NCBI GenBank assembly: GCA_951406725.2
Contig: OX597822.1
Coordinates: 32,302,001 to 32,366,000 of the forward strand
Direction of reading: 5' to 3'
DNA: 64,000 bases
Source of the DNA: Octopus vulgaris
Taxonomy: Eukaryota
Shown here: piece after piece, positions 57,164-64,000 of the stretch
Layout: each line of letters starts with the position of its first letter
Position numbering within the stretch: position 1 is the stretch's first letter
Notes under the pieces: model-generated
What the model was told of the DNA's origin: nothing
Databases searched by the model: none
What the model saw: the letters and a program-made list of their open reading frames with translations, nothing else
Program-made: the position numbers and the translations under genes

Positions 57164-57424
57164 ATAGAATGGTTGTATACTGTCAATCTAACACGAACGT
57201 GACAGCAGGGGGGTACACCACCGCTGTATAGCCCTAGGAAGCATCGACGCCTCCTGATGGCTTTGACACATCTTTCCCCTGTCTCCGATTCGTAAATGTA
57301 TATAAGGACACAGGGAAAGATGTGTCAAAGCCATCAGGAGGCGTCGATGCTTCCTAGGGCTATACAGCGGTGATGTAGCCCCCTACTGTCACGTTCGTGT
57401 TAGATTGACAGTATACAACCATTC

Positions 57425-57427
<3 letters not shown>
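57164..57427. repeat. Inverted repeat, ~120 bp arms, ~19 nt loop
   Basis: 57164-57286 vs 57306-57427; about 4 substitutions and 1 indel; the element lies between (TA)n tracts. Confidence 0.95.
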
Positions 57428-57489
<62 letters not shown>

Positions 57490-57693
57490 ATATATATATA
57501 TTAGAGAAAAAACACTATTATGCAATTCAAACAATGACAGACATAAACCAAATCATAAATAAAAAATAAAATATATTTTTTAAAACCTATAACTAGATCA
57601 CTAAAAGTATAAAAATAAATAATCAATGTATAAGGAATTTTTCCCTGTAAGTTTGGAGTTATACACCCTAATATTATATATATATATATACAC

Positions 57694-57747
<54 letters not shown>

Positions 57748-57864
57748 ATGTGTGTATATGTGTGTGTATATATGTATATACACGCGCACACATATACACA
57801 TTTTATGTATATCTACAATGTCGTTAAACCAAGTAATGACATTTTGAATGCATTTGATACGTAT

Positions 57865-58272
57865 CTCTTTTACTCTTTTACTCTTTTACTTGTTTCAGTC
57901 ATTTGACTGCGGCCACGCTGGAGCACCGCCTTTAGTCGAGCAAATCGACCCCGGGACTTATTCTTTGTAAGCCCAGTACTTATTCTGTCTGTCTCTTTTG
58001 CCGAACTGCTAGGTGACGGGGTCGTAAACACTCCAGCATCGGTTGTCAAGCAATGCTAGGGAGAGAAACGCACACACACATACACATATATACATATGTA
58101 TACATATATACGACAGGCTTCTTTCAGTTTCTGTCTACCAAATCCACTCACAATAAATTGGTCGGCCCGGGGCTATAGCAGAAGACACTTGCCCAAGGTG
58201 CCACGCAGTGGGACTGAACCCGGAATCATGTGGTTGGTTAGCAAGATTCTTACCACACAGCTACTCCTGCGC
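57865..58272 (-). mobile_element. SINE family B, full length
   Basis: Reverse complement colinear with 4031-4446. Confidence 0.88.
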
Positions 58273-58358
58273 CTATGTTTCTGATTGATGCACAATACAT
58301 ACAAGGGCAATAATCAATTACGTAAGATCCCTTCTCACCTGAGGCATTTCAAAATACT

Positions 58359-58493
58359 CTGATATTCTGATGCTTCGTATGTGTGCAACATAAAGCAAAG
58401 CGAAAATAGTTCTAGCTTTGAACGTTATAATTGTATATAGATGCATGCGAATATATACAAAGATATGCCTGTATACAGTCACAACACACACAG
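58359..58493. repeat. 135 bp direct repeat, copy 1 (copy 2 at 61625-61759)
   Basis: Two substitutions in 135 bp. Confidence 0.92.
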
Positions 58494-58662
58494 ACATTCA
58501 GTTTCAAGATAGTATTTTACGTCTCTTTGATGTATAATGATAGGATTTCCGTAAAAGTCCGGAAATCCTATCTCTATATCAAAGTAACAAATGTTTAGAG
58601 AGGTTTTTCTATTCGAAAGTAGTGGAAAATTCTCTTAACATGTTTCGCTTCTATTCGTAAGA

Positions 58663-58738
<76 letters not shown>

Positions 58739-58919
58739 AAAGCTTAGGTTAAACGAAATCTATCACACCCTAGAAAAAAATAACTTCTCCTAAAAGTTTA
58801 GTAATATCCTCATAACAAATTTCATAACCTCTTTTAAAAATCACTTGTACACTTCAAAAACTGTAATTCGTAATCCTTATAGACTTTCATATAACTATAT
58901 AAAAAAGAAATTATCTATC

Positions 58920-59081
58920 GGCGCAGGAGTGGCTATGTGACAAATAGCTTGCTTACCGATCACATGGTTCCGGGTTCAGTCCCACTGCGTGGTACCATTG
59001 GCAAGTACCTTCTACTATAGCCTCAGGCCGATCATAGCCTTGTGAGTGGATTTGGTAGACGGAAACTGAAAGAATCCTGTC

Positions 59082-59173
<92 letters not shown>

Positions 59174-59385
59174 ATGTATGTGTATATGTTTGTGTCCGTG
59201 TTTGACCCCCAACATCGCTTAACAACTGATGTTGATGTGTTTACGTACCCGTCACTTAGCGGTTCGGCAAAAGAGACCGATACTAGGCTTACAAAGAATA
59301 AGTGCTGGGGGTCGATTTCTTCGACAAGACAGTGCTCCAGCATGGCCGCAGTCGAATCACTGAAACAAGCAAAAGTGTATAAGAG
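58920..59385 (+). mobile_element. SINE family B, full length
   Basis: Head GGCGCAGGAGTGGCT, TA/TG tract, tail GTGCTCCAGCATGGCCGCAG. Confidence 0.88.
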
Positions 59386-59479
59386 AATACAGTTAACCGG
59401 CCAGAGCACCTGACGTTAGTTTCCACATTAGTGAAAGACACTTTATATGTCGAAGGTTAGATGCAACATTTCCCTTTCA

Positions 59480-60865
59480 AGAATTCTTAGCAAATAACAA
59501 TGTCTTCCCCTTTGTCATCCAGCTTCGTACTACGTCTTCCTGCTAGCACTCATCTAGCTGTCTCGCTATCCTTTCCTGGAGCCTTCTCAGCTTCTTCATC
59601 CAATCACTTCGGACCCTATCCGATACTGGACTCTTCCTATTTAGGAATTTTCTTAACTGTTTTTTTTACCATTTCTGTAGTTATTTTTGTCTACTTGGTT
59701 TTCTATATTTCTTAATCTATGTTGGATTTCAAGCAGCCCCTCCGCTTCACCATTATGCTCTACAGGCTGGTCCCAGATCCCTCTCCAGAATGCCTAGCTT
59801 TCCACTGCATCTGGTTAGATTGTTACGTGTAATTGTCCATCTAGTTCCTGAAACAATTTCTTCTGATTTGCTTCAAACGATCTGTTTTCCTTGAATTGTT
59901 TTGACCTTTGTTTCCGTTCTTCATATATCACATCATAACCTTTATCTCTTACTCTCTAGGTTCTTTCCACCATTATTCTTATATGCTTTTGTGCTTCAAT
60001 TCTTCTCTACTCAATTTATCAACTTGTCCTAAATATATTCTTAATTTGGTCTTGTGTGTTCTGGTAGAATATGTAAGATTGGACACCAGCCTACTGTCAG
60101 ATGACTCACATGGCTCCTCCCCACACATTATAAGCTTTGATATTTGGTTGTTAATTATCATGGGAGACATTCAACTTCCAAGTACCAATCTCAAAATCCT
60201 AGCTGTCCTCAGCAAAGCTTTTTTTTTTGGCCTGCTGCTCTCTTGGCAATTCCGATTTCTTTAACATATTTTTCGAAATTGGTAGTTAGTATTCTGAGTG
60301 CCCGTACAGCTACTGGAATGGCAGATAATCTCTTCATACTGCACATTCTTGCAATTTCGTCTTGTAGTAGTCTGTACATTTCAAACTTTTTTACTTCTTT
60401 CTTACTTACGCGTGCATCTCCAGGTATTGCAATATCTATGATCTTGGTTTCCTTTCTAACTCTATCAGCCACAAAAATGTCTGGTGTCTGAGCTTCAACT
60501 AGTGAGTCACCTTGGATTTTAAATCTCTGAGCATTCTATGTTCCTTTTTCTCCGTGAACCTTTTGGTCCATGTTCGTACCATTCCGTGCTCTGTTCAGGC
60601 AGTACTTTTCCCACAGCATCCAGTGGACGTACTTATCCATGTTATCATGCCTCTTTTAGTAGTGCTTTTGGGCCAGCTTGCTACACTCACTCACAATATA
60701 TGAGATTGCATCATTTCTGGTGCCACACATCCTACAAAAGTGACTGTTCGCTATACTTATCTATTCGGAACTTGGTGTAATTAGTTGTAAGAGCTAGTTC
60801 TTCAGCGCTGCATAACAATGCTTCAGTGCATGATTTCAAATCACTTTTTCTTAGCCATCTCTAAG
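59480..60865 (-). mobile_element. Degraded R4/Dong-like LINE fragments (RLE end plus a separate N-terminal piece)
   Basis: IIDIAIPGDARVSKKEVKKFEMYRLL (RLE) at 60209-60472; ENRSFEANQKKLFQELD (pre-RT region) near 59840-59900. Confidence 0.72.
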
Positions 60866-60869
60866 TTTA

Positions 60870-60916
<47 letters not shown>

Positions 60917-60917
<1 letters not shown>

Positions 60918-61100
60918 GGGAGAGTTTACAAAAAAAAAAAAAACAAAAGACGAAGACACGTGGTGTACAAAACAAACAGATATATTAGTATACCGCTCAG
61001 GAATAGAAAAAGTCTTTTACGTTTCGAGTCTACGTTCTTCTACAGAAAGGGACACAGAAAACAAGGAGAGAAAAAAATTGTCTGTAGTGGCTAACGATCT

Positions 61101-61103
<3 letters not shown>
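60917..61103 (-). mobile_element. ~200 bp hammerhead-bearing repeat, copy 5
   Basis: Minus strand CTTT-CTGTAGA-A-GAAC-GTAG-ACTC-GAAACGTA-AAAG (61014-61049); (TA)n on both sides. Confidence 0.75.
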
Positions 61104-61150
<47 letters not shown>

Positions 61151-61168
61151 TATATAGATAGATAGATC

Positions 61169-61236
<68 letters not shown>

Positions 61237-61624
61237 TATGCATACACATATATATAGAGTTGATACTCTACCTTGTACCATATTTACACATTATGAATAT
61301 TTAGAATATTATCTAAGAAAAATTGAATTCGTTACATGAATGACACTTTTGTGACTAATTTTTCATTTGTTACAACCTTAATATTTACTGTTTTTATCTT
61401 CCGTCATACGACACACAAATACACTAATCTTTGATATTTATTAGATCAATATTACCCAAGAGAATCCGTAACAGTTTGCTACGTCATTGCTAACATGACG
61501 TTAAGTGTTTTCATACAGTGATTTACTTTCATTGTGAGGATTTCAGATGATTATATACAAATAAGTAAATGGTACTTGAATAAGTGTAAGCACTTATGCA
61601 TATTTATTAAGTATTAAGTAATTG

Positions 61625-61759
61625 CTGATATTCTGATGCTTCGTATGTGTGAAACATAAAGCAAAGCGAAAGTAGTTCTAGCTTTGAACGTTATAATTGT
61701 ATATAGATGCATGCGAATATATACAAAGATATGCCTGTATACAGTCACAACACACACAG
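61625..61759. repeat. 135 bp direct repeat, copy 2
   Basis: Matches 58359-58493. Confidence 0.92.
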
Positions 61760-62073
61760 CCATACACACACACAGACATACACACGCAGATACAAACACA
61801 CCGATACACACATATATACAAACACACACATATTTCCAGCAGAACCACCTTATGACTCTAGATACATGTGTTTGACATTATTTTACTATCAAATATGCAT
61901 ATAGATGCATGTGGCAGTGTGTTTGTGAGGTTTGTAAATATATATATATATAAAATTTAACAATTAAGGATAACTTCTTAATAAGGAATCTTAAGAAATT
62001 ATCAGGTAGATAGCGTGAAAAACCTCATAAGAGAAAAAATTTCGAAAATAATTATTTCTTATTGAACATATTA

Positions 62074-62402
62074 ATTTATATATAGAGGGCATTATTATAC
62101 ATACATGCCTCACGCTAAGAGGGACATCAGTCATTTCTACCCAAAAATTTTACTAATCATATCCAATGCAATTTTTCAAAGCAAGACGTTTAAAAAAATT
62201 AATTTAGTCTTGTATCACCTGTAAGTGTATCACTTGTATCACTTGTATCGCGGTAAGTGCGAAATCACAGGTGATACAAGTCTAAATTCATTTTTAAATG
62301 TCTTGCTTTGAAAAATTGCATTGGGTATGATTAGTAAAATTTTTGGGTTGAAATGACTGATGTCCCTCTTAGCGTGAGGCATGTATGTATAATAATGCCC
62401 TC

Positions 62403-62413
<11 letters not shown>
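62074..62413. repeat. Inverted repeat, ~148 bp arms, 44 nt loop
   Basis: 62074-62222 vs 62267-62413, about 5 substitutions and a small indel; the loop reiterates GTATCAC(T/C)T; the right arm abuts (TA)n. Confidence 0.95.
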
Positions 62414-62435
<22 letters not shown>

Positions 62436-62456
62436 GTTATAAATACGAATATATGC

Positions 62457-62488
<32 letters not shown>

Positions 62489-62536
62489 GATACGTATGTA
62501 TATATATATATATATATATACATATCTTATAGATAC

Positions 62537-62573
<37 letters not shown>

Positions 62574-62582
62574 TATCTATAA

Positions 62583-62638
<56 letters not shown>

Positions 62639-62649
62639 ATACATACGTA

Positions 62650-62693
<44 letters not shown>

Positions 62694-62739
62694 TACACAT
62701 ATATGCATATACAAACATTAATATACACATACCTATATC

Positions 62740-62930
62740 ACCATCATCATCATCATCATTTAACGTATGTGTTCTAAGGTACCGAACTTGGACGGTTTGA
62801 CCGGAGCTAAATTTAGGGTCGCAACATGTTTTGCCATGTCTTCTTCGTCTCAATGCCATTCTTAACAATTACTTTACACTGTCTACTTGGTGCATTTTAC
62901 GGAGCACAGCTTGGACAGCATTTCCAAGCA
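62740..62930 (-). mobile_element. Degraded retroposon 3' end with (GAT)n tail (RTE-type?)
   Basis: (CAT)n followed by TTTAACGT...TTGGACGGTTTGACC; family resemblance from memory only. Confidence 0.35.
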
Positions 62931-63782
62931 CCTTTCACGAGAGAAACCCCTCAGCTGAATTAGAGGAGAGGTATTGAAGGGGTGGCTTTTTGTCAGTTGA
63001 AGAGAGGTAACATTTATAGAGGGGCAGTGATGTCTGCCTGTAGAATAGAAACATGGATACCGCAGATGGAAAAGAAAAGAGGGAGAGTTAGAGATTGAGA
63101 GAGAGATGGTGGCGAAGATACATGAGGACATGCTCTGGAGGGAAACGGGATGCTCATAATAAGTGAGATGATGTAGACGTTCGGAGTAGGTGCATGAGCA
63201 GGATAGGAATGACTAGGACAAAGGATGGAGTGAACTATTAGGTGTCATCTACGTAGAGGTGATACGACACAGAAACTTTCAACATCTTCATCCAAATGCT
63301 ATTGTGCTTCCACCAATAAGAATGTCTATCTAAGCCTGTAGCCAATTTCTGGGACTGCCAGACTCTGAAACTCTCCTCCATCTCAGTGCCATCTTCCTTT
63401 TTGTAACATGAACACTTTGAAGTAAAAAATAAATTAAAATCTCTCTTTATAGAGACTTGCTCCATGTGGGAAGCCACATAGAGCAAGCACCTTGTTTGGG
63501 ACTTTCTTACAATAATAGATATATTTAAAATGTGCAATAAATATATAATTTATATTCTATAAATATGTATATACATACATGCCTACATATACACACACGC
63601 ACTTATATTATATAAATTATATATATTATTTGATATTTATGTTTTGGTTTATGTTTATCACTGTTTGAGTCGCATAATAGTGGTTTATCTCTAATTCATA
63701 TTTTATATTTATATATTGATACTATGAAATTTGATTTAATACTCTACTGAATTTTTCCCTGTAAGTTTGGAGTTTTACTCCC

Positions 63783-63836
<54 letters not shown>

Positions 63837-63886
63837 CATTATTATTATTATTGTTATTATTATTGTTATTAATGTTGTTGTTGTTG

Positions 63887-63923
<37 letters not shown>

Positions 63924-64000
63924 CATTACATACATGCGTTTATGAGTGTGAATGTTATGTATGTGTTCATGCGTGCATCTGCGTATATAATGTGTATCGT

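Overview
AT-rich, microsatellite-dense eukaryotic DNA. The SINE/LINE repertoire suggests a coleoid cephalopod, probably Octopus (inference). I found no intact host gene; nearly all ORFs in the track are translations of (TA)n, (CA)n, (TATC)n or (TAA)n. Recognisable content is transposon-derived: three tRNA-type SINE families, R4/Dong-clade RLE LINEs inserted in (TAA)n, CR1-type and L1/Tx1-type LINE fragments, a maT/Tc1-mariner relic, a Helitron helicase relic and Penelope-like (GIY-YIG) fragments. The most interesting signals are non-coding. (1) Hammerhead-ribozyme motifs occur in microsatellite-embedded repeats, including a retrozyme-like tandem unit with two hammerheads 539 nt apart and a five-copy ~200 bp family with a consistent CUGUNGA (A6U) core. 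(2) Several long foldback palindromes occur, one with perfect 196 bp arms inside an old LINE. Element boundaries were read by eye and are approximate.
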